Assembly: GCA_963710155.1 (NCBI GenBank)
Contig: CAVPZQ010000010.1
Span: 4,358 to 68,357, forward strand
DNA from: Bryobacterales bacterium
Lineage (GTDB): Bacteria; Acidobacteriota; Terriglobia; Bryobacterales; Bryobacteraceae
Reading direction: 5' to 3'
Length of the DNA: 64,000 nucleotides
Shown piece after piece: positions 44,575-53,453 of the stretch (position 1 is its first letter; every line of letters begins with the position of its first letter). Under the pieces are notes generated by a model. The model had not been told where the DNA came from and did not search any database. It saw only the letters and a list, made by a program, of their open reading frames with translations. Position numbers and translations under genes: made by a program.

Positions 44575-46649
44575 TATTCAATTACCCCGCGCGAACGGAC
44601 TTTCACATCTGTCGGCAGCTCATTGTGCGACAGCACCGTCAAGCTCGGCATCGACGATTCTACAATCTGCCGCAGGAAATAGCGTGACCCGGCGCTGGTA
44701 ATCACCACGGCCGTCTCCGCCTTCGCTATTTTGCGTTGCAGCCGTCCCAAAATGTCTCGAATCCCTTCCGGAGCCAGGGTCAATATACTGTTCATCTCGC
44801 CATGCTCGACCGACGATTCGATCGACCGCTCAAGCGAAGGATCCACCAGATACGCCGGCAACTCCCCCTGCGTATTCACCAATTGCTTGACAATCGAGCG
44901 CCGCACAGCCTGGCGCACGTATTCCGTAAGCAGGACCGGGTTCTTGCTGCTGTGCGCAGCCTCTCCCAGTGCCTCCAACATTCCGACGCCATCGCGAATC
45001 GGCACACGTTCCCTGAGCATGTTCTGGATCACTCGCTGGATCGTGCTCAGAGGTAGCAATTTCGGGACCAAATCCTCGATGACCTTGGGGTTTTCCTGCG
45101 CCACACGGTCGCAGAACAGCTTGGCGTCCTGCCGCGTGAACAATTCGTGCGCATGCCGCCGTACCAATTCGGTCAAATGCGTGCCGATGACGCTGACCGC
45201 ATCAACCACCGTGTAGCCACTGCTGCGCGCGCGGTCCACTTGATCCTGGCGAATCCAAATCGCCGGCAATCCAAACGCCGGGTCGACGGTCGCTTTACCT
45301 TGCAGCGTCGGATCGGGATTTCCGCTGGGAATGGCCAATTCATGGCCCTGCAGCAGCTCAAAGCGGGCGATCTCGCTGCCGCGCATCTGGATCACATATT
45401 CACGCGATCGCAGCGCCATGTTGTCCTTCACTTTCACCGGCGGCATCAAGTAGCCTAGCTGCGTTGCCAGCTGCCGGCGAATACCGGCAACCCGCGTGAG
45501 CAAGGGCGACTCTGCGCCGCGCTCCACCAGATTGACCAGGCCTAAGCCGACTTCCACCGAAAGCGGCTCTACCTTAAGCAAGCCTTCCAGATTTTCTTTG
45601 GGCTTAGCCGCCGCCACTGTCGAATCCGCGGCGATAGCGGCAGTTTTTTGACGCATCCTCCAGGAAATCGTGCCCAGCCCGCCCCCCATCAGCAGGAACG
45701 GAATGGTCGGCAGTCCCGGCAGTATCGCCAGCGTAATCAGAACCCCGCTCGCCAACATCAGCGGCTGGGCGTTTCCCAAAAGTTGTTTGTGGACTTGATC
45801 ACCCAGACTGTCCTCCGATCCAGTCCGGGTTACAATCAAGCCCCCTGAAATCGAGATCATCAGCGCCGGAATGACGGTAACCAAGCCGTCGCCAATGGTC
45901 AAGACCGTATAGGTTTCAAGCGCATGCCGCAGTTCCATGCCATGCTGCAAGACACCTATCAGAAATCCCGCAATAATATTGATTCCTGTAATAAGGATGC
46001 TGGCCACCGCATCGCGCTGCGTAAAGCGCGTCGCACCGTCCATGGCCCCGAAGAATTCCGCCTCCGCCGAAAGATGCTTGCGGCGCGCGCGAGCTTCATT
46101 CTCGTCGATCAGCCCCGAATTGAGATCGGCGTCGATCGACATCTGTTTCCCAGGCAAAGCGTCCAAAGTGAAACGCGCCGTCACTTCCGAGATGCGAACC
46201 GCACCATGGTTGATGACGACGTACTGGATGGCGATCAGCACCAGGAAGATCACCGCGCCAATAATATAGTTGCCGCCGACCACGAAACTGCCGAACGCCT
46301 CGATTACGTGACCCGCCGCAGAAGTTCCCGTATTTCCGTTCAACAAAATGAGTCGCGATGACGATATGTTCAGTGCCAGGCGAAACAGAGTGAGCAACAA
46401 CAAGGTAGTGGGAAAAACGCTGAAGTCGACCGGACGCCGGATGTACACCGCCACCATCATGACGATCACCGACAACATGATGTCGGTGACAATCAAGAAA
46501 TCGAGCAGCGGGCCCGGCATGGGCATGATCAGCGCGAGCACGATCGCTACTACGGCAATGGGCACACCCATCTCGCCGAAGCCCGCGGAAAAACGCGCGC
46601 CCCACGGAAGTGCGATGGTCTTCGTCCCGGCTGTTGTGGCGTCCGCCAT
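44574..46649 (-). CDS. flhA: flagellar export apparatus protein FlhA
   Basis: 691 aa. FHIPEP family blocks (FPTTLLLLTLFRLALNISSSRLIL, VVGGNYIIGAVIF, RFTLDALPGKQMSIDADL). Confidence 0.95.
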   Translation of the reverse strand: MADATTAGTKTIALPWGARFSAGFGEMGVPIAVVAIVLALIMPMPGPLLDFLIVTDIMLSVIVMMVAVYIRRPVDFSVFPTTLLLLTLFRLALNISSSRLILLNGNTGTSAAGHVIEAFGSFVVGGNYIIGAVIFLVLIAIQYVVINHGAVRISEVTARFTLDALPGKQMSIDADLNSGLIDENEARARRKHLSAEAEFFGAMDGATRFTQRDAVASILITGINIIAGFLIGVLQHGMELRHALETYTVLTIGDGLVTVIPALMISISGGLIVTRTGSEDSLGDQVHKQLLGNAQPLMLASGVLITLAILPGLPTIPFLLMGGGLGTISWRMRQKTAAIAADSTVAAAKPKENLEGLLKVEPLSVEVGLGLVNLVERGAESPLLTRVAGIRRQLATQLGYLMPPVKVKDNMALRSREYVIQMRGSEIARFELLQGHELAIPSGNPDPTLQGKATVDPAFGLPAIWIRQDQVDRARSSGYTVVDAVSVIGTHLTELVRRHAHELFTRQDAKLFCDRVAQENPKVIEDLVPKLLPLSTIQRVIQNMLRERVPIRDGVGMLEALGEAAHSSKNPVLLTEYVRQAVRRSIVKQLVNTQGELPAYLVDPSLERSIESSVEHGEMNSILTLAPEGIRDILGRLQRKIAKAETAVVITSAGSRYFLRQIVESSMPSLTVLSHNELPTDVKVRSRGVIE

Positions 46650-46656
46650 AGAATAT

Positions 46657-47985
46657 CTAACTTGCGACTGCCTCTAGTGCCTTGGTCTTATACAACAAAG
46701 TGGTGCGCTTCATCCCCAGGATGTTCGCGGCTTTTGCCTTATTGCCTCCGCAAGCACGCAGCGCTTCTTCGAGCAGTAGCTTCTCCACGCGCGCGGTGAC
46801 TTCTTCGAAATTGACGCCCGACGCGGGAACACGGATATCCGGCTCCATCGCCCTCACTGTTCGCGGCGAAGGAAACTGAAAGTCTCCCAGGTACAGCCGG
46901 CCGCGGCTTCCAGCCAATGTAACCGCCATTTCAATGGCGTGTTCCAACTGGCGGACGTTGCCCGGCCAGTGATAGCTGGTCAGACGATCGAGAGCGCTCG
47001 AAGACAAAACCTTCGGCTCGATTCCTTCGCGTACGCAAACCTTGTCAATGAAATGATCCACCAGCAGCGGAATGTCGCTGATTCGGTCGCGCAGCGGCGC
47101 CACGTGCACCGGGACTACATTCAAGCGGTACAGCAGATCCTCGCGAAATGTCTTTTGCTCCACCGCCGCATGCAAATCCACGTTCGACGCGGCAATCACG
47201 CGCGTATCGATCGGAAGCGATTCTGAACTGCCGATCCTTTGAATCTGCCGCTCCTGCAAAACCCGCAGCAGCTTCGACTGCGCTTCGAGCGGCAACTCCC
47301 CGATTTCATCCAGGAAGATGGTCCCGCGATGCGCCTGTTCAAAGTGACCCGAGCGCGGATTCGTCGCGCCCGTAAACGCACCCTTCGCGTGTCCAAACAA
47401 TTCCGCTTCCACCAGGTTCTCCGGGATCGCGGCGCAGTTCACCGCCACCATCTCGGATTCCGCGCGCCGGCTGGCCATGTGAATCGCGCGCGCGACCATC
47501 TCTTTTCCAGTCCCGGTCTCGCCCGTGATCAATGCCGTCGCCTGCCGCGGTCCGATCAAGCGGATCAAAGCATGCAGATCGCGCATCGGTTGGCTATCGC
47601 CGATCAAAAGATTCGCCCAAGCCTCGCGCCGCGTCCCGGCCCGTGGAGCATCCCGCACAACCGCACCCAACGCTTCCGCAGTCTGCACCCCGGTCAAATG
47701 CTGGAACATCGCCGGCGGCTGCACCAGCGACTCGTCGAGCACCGATTCCTTGTCGTAAATAACCACCGGCAGCGGCACCGCTGTCCGGTGAGCTTGCGCT
47801 AACGCCGCGCGGATCACCGAGGCTGCCGTGGGCAATTCGATCAGTACCGCCCGAAAACGGTCTTCAATGCGGTTCCAGTTGGTATTCAAGCCGTCAGCGA
47901 CCACGACCCGCAACTGCGTCACCCGCTCAAATGCTTGCACCAGATCCCCTTGCGGATTTGAGGTCAGCCACAAAACTGTCGACAC
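46657..47985 (-). CDS. sigma-54-dependent transcriptional activator, FleQ/FlrA-like (non-phosphorylatable N-terminal domain)
   Basis: 442 aa, GTG start with GGGAGA upstream. Walker A GETGTGKE, canonical GAFTGA, Fis-type HTH (NKAKAANILGMKRTTLLYK). The N-terminal domain lacks the REC acidic pocket (LWLTSNPQ, AVLIELP). Confidence 0.85.
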   Translation of the reverse strand: MSTVLWLTSNPQGDLVQAFERVTQLRVVVADGLNTNWNRIEDRFRAVLIELPTAASVIRAALAQAHRTAVPLPVVIYDKESVLDESLVQPPAMFQHLTGVQTAEALGAVVRDAPRAGTRREAWANLLIGDSQPMRDLHALIRLIGPRQATALITGETGTGKEMVARAIHMASRRAESEMVAVNCAAIPENLVEAELFGHAKGAFTGATNPRSGHFEQAHRGTIFLDEIGELPLEAQSKLLRVLQERQIQRIGSSESLPIDTRVIAASNVDLHAAVEQKTFREDLLYRLNVVPVHVAPLRDRISDIPLLVDHFIDKVCVREGIEPKVLSSSALDRLTSYHWPGNVRQLEHAIEMAVTLAGSRGRLYLGDFQFPSPRTVRAMEPDIRVPASGVNFEEVTARVEKLLLEEALRACGGNKAKAANILGMKRTTLLYKTKALEAVAS

Positions 47986-48083
47986 TTTTAGTTCTCCCGT
48001 AATACCGTCTGCACGTTAGTACTGCGCGATAGACCTTATATCGACGTAAGGTAGAGAAAACCTTAGGGCTTAGCAGATAGCAC

Positions 48084-48110
48084 TATACCTTCGCGGATTT
48101 GTTGCGATAT
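48084..48110 (+). promoter_or_regulatory. sigma-28-type promoter of fliS
   Basis: TATA-N15-TGCGATAT. The ATG at 48120 begins 9 nt after the -10 element. Confidence 0.6.
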
Positions 48111-48119
48111 GTACCCGTG

Positions 48120-48626
48120 ATGGATGACCAGTTCGCACAGCAAGCTCATCGGGACTACATTGAAAGCCGCGTCTTTTCCGCGCACCCGGTGGAACGCGTT
48201 CAGATGTTGTATGAAATCGCGATCGACAGCGTGAATACCGCGATCGCGCGCTTCAAAGACGGCGACATTTTTGCACGCGGCCGCGCGGTCACCAAAGCGC
48301 ACGAGGCTGTCGACGAACTCACCCTGGCGCTGGATCATTCCGTGGGCGCAAGTTTCACGCACACCCTTGCCGAACTGTACGGCTACGTCCAGCGGCAGCT
48401 GATGGCCGGCCACAGCCAGAAGTCCGAAGAAGCGTTTCAAAATGCCCTCTCCGTGCTTTCGACGCTCGCCGGTGCCTGGAAGGAAGTGGTGATCCGGACC
48501 TGCGGCAGCGGATCATCTCAAGTGGCGCCAATTTCGCAGGAACCGGCCGCGAGCTCTGAGCCGCGTTCGGCTTACGAGGGGGTGCCCCAGATGGCGTCTA
48601 CTTCGTCACGGGATTGGAGCGGCTAG
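48120..48626 (+). CDS. fliS: flagellar export chaperone FliS (with C-terminal extension)
   Basis: FliS core (VERVQMLYEIAIDSVNTAIARFKDGDIFARGRAVTKAHEAVDELTLALD..., LAELYGYVQRQL). ATG at 48120 chosen because the ORF-track TTG at 48099 lies upstream of and inside the promoter element. GTG at 48117 is also possible. Confidence 0.8.
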   Translation: MDDQFAQQAHRDYIESRVFSAHPVERVQMLYEIAIDSVNTAIARFKDGDIFARGRAVTKAHEAVDELTLALDHSVGASFTHTLAELYGYVQRQLMAGHSQKSEEAFQNALSVLSTLAGAWKEVVIRTCGSGSSQVAPISQEPAASSEPRSAYEGVPQMASTSSRDWSG

Positions 48627-48957
48627 CCGCTTCCGCCGCCGCATTCGCCGAAGCTTGGCCCAAGCTGGTGGTAATCATCCGCGCCAAGCCCAACCCTCCG
48701 TGCGCGGTGAGCGCGCGCGCGAAATATTCGTCGGCCATCTGCATAGTGGAGGCAGACGTCTGGTCTTCTTCCCCGGCGCCCATCCATCCGCCTTCTTCTT
48801 CGTGCGCCGATTTGAGAATCTGCCCCACCATCAGCGATTCAAACTGCCCGGCCGCGTCTTTGATCTTTTGCGGACTATCGGTTTTCTGCGACGGCCCGCT
48901 GCTTCCCGTCGCCAGGCCAGGGGTCGATAATACTCCGGAAATAAGTGAATCGGCCAT
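48598..48957 (-). CDS. flgJ: rod-binding protein (FlgJ N-terminal domain only, no muramidase domain)
   Basis: 119 aa. Rod_binding signature AAGQFESLMVGQILKSA ... YFARALTAHGGLGLARMI. Last gene of the flgF-flgI operon. Confidence 0.8.
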   Translation of the reverse strand: MADSLISGVLSTPGLATGSSGPSQKTDSPQKIKDAAGQFESLMVGQILKSAHEEEGGWMGAGEEDQTSASTMQMADEYFARALTAHGGLGLARMITTSLGQASANAAAEAASRSNPVTK

Positions 48958-48979
48958 GCGAGTCTAGAGGACGCCGTCT

Positions 48980-50074
48980 TTAGAGAACATCGATATCCGC
49001 TTCGAGCGCTCCCGCTGCCCGCAAGCTTTGCAGAATCGCGATCACATCGCGGGGCGTGGAACCGATCGAGCCCAGAGCGTGTACCAGTTGTTCCACCGTT
49101 GCCCCCTGCTTGAGCACCAGGCTGCGCGACTTCTCTTCCTTCGCGTTGACTTCCACCTGCGGGACCACCGTGCTCTGCCCCTGCGAGAAGGGCGCCGGTT
49201 GCGAGACAGTATTTACCGTCTGAATCTCTACCGTCAGATTGCCGTGCATAATCGCCACCGGGGAGACACGCACTTCCTTGCCCATCACGATGGTGCCCGT
49301 ACGTTCATTAATCACTACGCGCGCCGGCCGGTCGGTCTCTACCTGCAGCGCTTCGATCTCAGAAATGAATTCCACCGATCGCGAGGCGTACTCCGGCGGA
49401 ATCGTCACGGCCACCAATGCCGAGTTTTCTGCCTTGGCCAGCGGCGGTTTTCCGTCCGCAAACTTATCGTTGATCACATTGCTGATCCGCAGCGCGGTAG
49501 TGAAATCCGGCTGCATCAATTGAAAGCGCACGCGGCCGCTGGGCGAGACAGTAGGTGCGGGGCGCTCAATGGTGGCGCCTCCCGGAACTCGTCCTACGGT
49601 TGGATGATTCACCGTCTGGCTGTTCCCTCCCCTCCCGGCAACGAAACCTCCGGTCACCACCGAGCCCTGCGAGACTGCATAAACCTGCCCGTCGATACCC
49701 TTCATGCTGGTCATCAGCAGCAGGCCGCCTTGCAGATTAGCCGCGTCTCCCATGGAACCGACGGTGACGTCGATATGAATACCCGGCTGCCCGAACGCGG
49801 GAAGCGTGCCTGTGACCATCACTGCCGCCGTATTTTTCACCGCGAACAGCGTCGGATTGCTGGTCACGCCCATTTGCTGGAGTAAATTCGCCAGACTCTG
49901 GGCCGGAAAGAGCGTTTGCTGCTTGTCCCCCGTGCCCTTCAGCCCCACCACCAGGCCGTACCCGATGAGCTGGTTGTCGCGCACGCCTTCGATCGAAACC
50001 AACTCCTTGAGCCGGGCGCCGTTGGTCTGCGGCTCCAGTGCCAGCGTCAGAAGCGGAAGAATTACTGAAAGCAT
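48980..50074 (-). CDS. flgI: flagellar P-ring protein FlgI
   Basis: 364 aa. RLKELVSIEGVRDNQLIGYGLVVGLKGTGD and C-terminal LVHALGSIGSTPRDVIAILQSLRAAGAL. Confidence 0.95.
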   Translation of the reverse strand: MLSVILPLLTLALEPQTNGARLKELVSIEGVRDNQLIGYGLVVGLKGTGDKQQTLFPAQSLANLLQQMGVTSNPTLFAVKNTAAVMVTGTLPAFGQPGIHIDVTVGSMGDAANLQGGLLLMTSMKGIDGQVYAVSQGSVVTGGFVAGRGGNSQTVNHPTVGRVPGGATIERPAPTVSPSGRVRFQLMQPDFTTALRISNVINDKFADGKPPLAKAENSALVAVTIPPEYASRSVEFISEIEALQVETDRPARVVINERTGTIVMGKEVRVSPVAIMHGNLTVEIQTVNTVSQPAPFSQGQSTVVPQVEVNAKEEKSRSLVLKQGATVEQLVHALGSIGSTPRDVIAILQSLRAAGALEADIDVL

Positions 50075-50089
50075 TTTTCGCGAAATCTC

Positions 50090-50800
50090 CTAGAAGGGCA
50101 AGATCCCCAGCAGCAGGCGGTAAAGGATGTTGGGCCGGTGTACGGAATCCTCCACGACGCCCTTGCCGTTCACCTGAATTTCCATTTGCGCGAGTCTCGC
50201 GGATGGAACCGTGTTGGTGGTATCCAAGTCAATCGGGCGAATCACGCCGCGCACCGTAATGGTCTGATTTTCCGAATTGATTCCGACAATCTTCGTTCCC
50301 TCGACCACCAGATTGCCGTTCCTGAGAACGTGCGTCACGCGCGCGGAAACCGTCGTTGTCAGCGTCGTGGTGCGGCTAGTCGTGCCTTGTCCATTTAAAC
50401 TCGTTTGGCCGCCCAGGTTAGCCAGGTTCGCCCATGGCCCGGTAGCTTTCGTGAGTCCAGCTAGGGCCGTGATGCTGCTGTTGGCGCTCGACTGGCGGGA
50501 GGTCTTCACCGCGCCCGTGCTCACCGCCGAAGCGCTTTCCTGAACAGCGATCGTGACGATGTCGTCGATCCGCCGCGAACGTTGATCCGCCGCCAAATCC
50601 GAAAACCACGCCGCGGGAGTCCACAGCGATCCGGTGGGAACATTAGGGCCAGTTGTCGTTTCGGGCTGCGAAGCCTGCTCGATGTACTTGTCGAGCGCCG
50701 AAGGCGGCTTGGGCTTCGTCTTCTTATCATCCTTGGGTGCCCCCAGCACACCGCTGGCAGCCGCGCACAAAAGAATAACAGCGATGGCGATCTTCTTCAT
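50090..50800 (-). CDS. flgH: flagellar L-ring lipoprotein FlgH
   Basis: 236 aa. Signal peptide with Cys (AVILLCAAAS), DDIVTIAVQESASA, ITVRGVIRPIDL blocks. Confidence 0.9.
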   Translation of the reverse strand: MKKIAIAVILLCAAASGVLGAPKDDKKTKPKPPSALDKYIEQASQPETTTGPNVPTGSLWTPAAWFSDLAADQRSRRIDDIVTIAVQESASAVSTGAVKTSRQSSANSSITALAGLTKATGPWANLANLGGQTSLNGQGTTSRTTTLTTTVSARVTHVLRNGNLVVEGTKIVGINSENQTITVRGVIRPIDLDTTNTVPSARLAQMEIQVNGKGVVEDSVHRPNILYRLLLGILPF

Positions 50801-51696
50801 TGCACTGAATCCCCTACCATGACCCGGTTCTTTCCCACCACCATCGCGGGAAAATCTTTACCGCTCGAGAGATTGTGCATCACAATTGCGGATCCCTTGA
50901 ATCCGTCAGCCTGCGCCTTGGCTTTCACCACCAAATGAGCAGCGCCGGCGAAGACCTGAACATCCACCAGTTCGCCTTTCTCGACATCCGGCGGCGGAGC
51001 CAACTGCGTCTTGCGAATCGGAAATTCGGCGCGCAGAACGCTCTTCGGCAAGTACCCGACCACGTCCTCAAGATTGCGCGCCGTGGTCTCATCGAGCAGC
51101 GATTCCTCACCGCTTTCTACGCGCACCTGGTTGCGCTGAACCGGCTTTCCGCTAGGGATGTTGGCAATCGCCACGACGCGTGTGACGTTCGCGACGACGC
51201 GCACCTTGGCCCACACCGGGAAATCGCCTCCGCTATGGCGTACGAATCCGCGCCACATCGCTTCCTGTTGAATTCCGGCGGCCAGTTGCAATCCGCTTCT
51301 GGGGAAAACCAGCTCGCCAAACGGAACCGGGCGTTGACTGCTGGAAGAAATTTCGATTTTGGCCGCGTCGATTCCCGGGACATCCCGCAAGCTCTGGCGC
51401 AGCGCTGTCCGGATCTCGTCAGGCTGGGGCACAAACACCCGCAGAGCAAAGCACACGTTCGGCGGATCCTGCAGTTCCACGCCCTGATTCCTGGCGATTC
51501 GTTGCAGTTCGATCCCGTCGAGAATCCGCGGTGCGCCCGAATCGGACACGGCGCCCAGACGAAAATCGCCTGCCACGCGCGTGAAGCCCGGGATGACAGC
51601 CGCGACATCGCGCGCGAAGATCACCTCGCTCGAAATCGTATGGCATCCCGGCGGCAACACCGACAAAGCCATTAAAAAAGGAAACGCCATCATCAT
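50797..51696 (-). CDS. flgA: flagellar P-ring assembly chaperone FlgA
   Basis: 299 aa between flgG and flgH. SAF-like C-terminal part (GELVDVQVFAGAAHLVVKAKAQADG). Confidence 0.7.
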   Translation of the reverse strand: MMMAFPFLMALSVLPPGCHTISSEVIFARDVAAVIPGFTRVAGDFRLGAVSDSGAPRILDGIELQRIARNQGVELQDPPNVCFALRVFVPQPDEIRTALRQSLRDVPGIDAAKIEISSSSQRPVPFGELVFPRSGLQLAAGIQQEAMWRGFVRHSGGDFPVWAKVRVVANVTRVVAIANIPSGKPVQRNQVRVESGEESLLDETTARNLEDVVGYLPKSVLRAEFPIRKTQLAPPPDVEKGELVDVQVFAGAAHLVVKAKAQADGFKGSAIVMHNLSSGKDFPAMVVGKNRVMVGDSVQ

Positions 51697-52484
51697 CTCG
51701 TGACGTTATTCATCATTTGATACATTTCATCGGCGGCCTTTACGACCTTGGAATTGGCTTCGTAGGCACGCTGGCTGACGATGAGGTTGACAAACTCGTC
51801 CACCACGCTCACATTGGATTGTTCGGTGTAACCCTGCAACAGTGTCCCCATGCCTTCCTGCCCGCCCGGATTCCCCAGGACCGGATCGCCGGAGGCAAAG
51901 GTCGGCTGATAAAGATTCTGACCCAGGCTGTTCAGCCCAGCGGGATTGATGAAGCCGGCCAGTTGGATCTGTCCTGCCGTCTGCGCCGCCGTCTGGCCCG
52001 GCAGCGAGTAGCTCACAGTTCCGTCGGTAGCGATGGTGATCCCCTGCGCGTTTGCTGGCAAAGTAATCTGCGGACTCAGCAGATTGCCGTTGGCGTCCAC
52101 CAGGCTGCCCTCCCGGCTCATCTGAAACTGGCCGGCGCGAGTGTAAGCCAGCTCGCCGCTCGGCAGCGATACCTGGAAAAAGCCGTTCCCTTGAATCACC
52201 AGATCCAGCGGATTGGAAGTCTGCGTGAAATTCCCTTGCGTGAAGACGATCTCGTTAGAGGCCGCGCGCGTTCCCAGGCCGAGCTGCAATCCCGTCGGCA
52301 CCGTGGTCTGCGCCCCCGCAGCAGCGCCCGGCTGCACCATGGTCTGGTACATCAGATCTTGAAATTGCGGCCGCCGCGCCTTGTATCCCGCGGTGTTGGA
52401 GTTCGCCAGATTGTTGGCGATGTTGTCCACGTTGGTCTGCTGTGCGGTCATCCCGCTGGCAGCGCTGTACAGAGCTCTAATCAT
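51693..52484 (-). CDS. flgG: flagellar distal rod protein FlgG
   Basis: 263 aa. MIRALYSAASGMTAQQTNVDNIANNLANSNTAGYK and C-terminal LIVSQRAYEANSKVVKAADEM. Confidence 0.95.
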   Translation of the reverse strand: MIRALYSAASGMTAQQTNVDNIANNLANSNTAGYKARRPQFQDLMYQTMVQPGAAAGAQTTVPTGLQLGLGTRAASNEIVFTQGNFTQTSNPLDLVIQGNGFFQVSLPSGELAYTRAGQFQMSREGSLVDANGNLLSPQITLPANAQGITIATDGTVSYSLPGQTAAQTAGQIQLAGFINPAGLNSLGQNLYQPTFASGDPVLGNPGGQEGMGTLLQGYTEQSNVSVVDEFVNLIVSQRAYEANSKVVKAADEMYQMMNNVTR

Positions 52485-52530
52485 GTCGTTCTCTCATGTG
52501 TTCCCTCATCTCCCCGTTTTATTGCTGCGG

Positions 52531-53265
52531 TCACCCACCTACCCGAGCCACCTCGGTGAGCGCTTGCTTGTTCATATCGGAAGTAATAGTGATGGCCTTC
52601 TGCAGCATTTCGAATTGCCGCATCAGTCCCACCAGACGCACCGCGGATTCGGCCGGCGCCACGTTCGAATTCTCCGTCTTGCCTTGCACTACCGTGGTAT
52701 CGGCAGCGGCAGTCGGCACGTCCTTGGGATCGCTGGGCAGAAAATAACTGTTGCCCATCTTTTGGAGCGTCGAAGGATCTTTAAAATTCACCACCTGCAA
52801 TTGCGCGATGGCTTGTCCGTCCTGCGTAATGGAACCATCCGGAGTGATCTCCAGAGGGTCTTGCGATTGCGTTTGAATGGGCTGACCGTTGACGTCCCGC
52901 ACCGCATAGCCTTCGCTGGTGGTTAGCTGGCCCGTGGCAGACAGTTGGAACGATCCGTTGCGCGTGTATAGCGGACCCGCGGGTCCGTTCACCGCGAAAA
53001 ATCCTTTGCCGGAAAGCGCCACATCCAGCGGATTGCCGGTCGGCGCCAATACGCCTTGGCTGAAATCGGTCCATTGTTTCTGAATCAGCGGCAGCTTGGT
53101 CGACGTTTCGTCGCCCTCGTTTTCAGCCGCAGTGAATAAACTGTAGAACTCCCGGTCGAGTTTGAATCCACCCGTCGTGGTATTCGCGAGATTGTTGGCC
53201 ACCATGTCCAGCGCTTCCATGCGCGACTGCAGACCGCTGGCGGCTGTGACGGAAACTTGATCCAT
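52531..53265 (-). CDS. flgF: flagellar proximal rod protein FlgF
   Basis: 244 aa from the ATG at 53265 (MDQVSVTAASGLQSRMEALDMVANNLANTTTGGFK). The longer ORF-track start 53334 would include the sigma-54 promoter. Confidence 0.85.
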   Translation of the reverse strand: MDQVSVTAASGLQSRMEALDMVANNLANTTTGGFKLDREFYSLFTAAENEGDETSTKLPLIQKQWTDFSQGVLAPTGNPLDVALSGKGFFAVNGPAGPLYTRNGSFQLSATGQLTTSEGYAVRDVNGQPIQTQSQDPLEITPDGSITQDGQAIAQLQVVNFKDPSTLQKMGNSYFLPSDPKDVPTAAADTTVVQGKTENSNVAPAESAVRLVGLMRQFEMLQKAITITSDMNKQALTEVARVGG

Positions 53266-53283
53266 AACTTTGCTGTGCCAGAT

Positions 53284-53299
53284 TGCACGCACACGGCCA
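53284..53299 (-). promoter_or_regulatory. sigma-54-type promoter of the flgF-flgJ operon
   Basis: The minus strand reads TGGCCG-TGTGC-GTGCA. The GC lies 19 nt before the flgF ATG. Confidence 0.65.
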
Positions 53300-53322
53300 A
53301 ACTCACACAATGCGAATTTCCC

Positions 53323-53349
53323 TAGAATATTCATCGCAACTTGCGATAT
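53323..53349 (+). promoter_or_regulatory. sigma-28-type element upstream of fliK
   Basis: TAGA-N15-TGCGATAT, 134 nt before the fliK start. Its role is uncertain because a sigma-54 promoter lies closer to the gene. Confidence 0.45.
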
Positions 53350-53453
53350 GGAGACACGGCCGCTCCTGCGCCACCGTCAGATTCCCGACGAAACTCGTTA
53401 GAGCCCTGACAGCGCTCACGTGCTAACTCACTGAAAAACGAGTTCCCTAGAAT

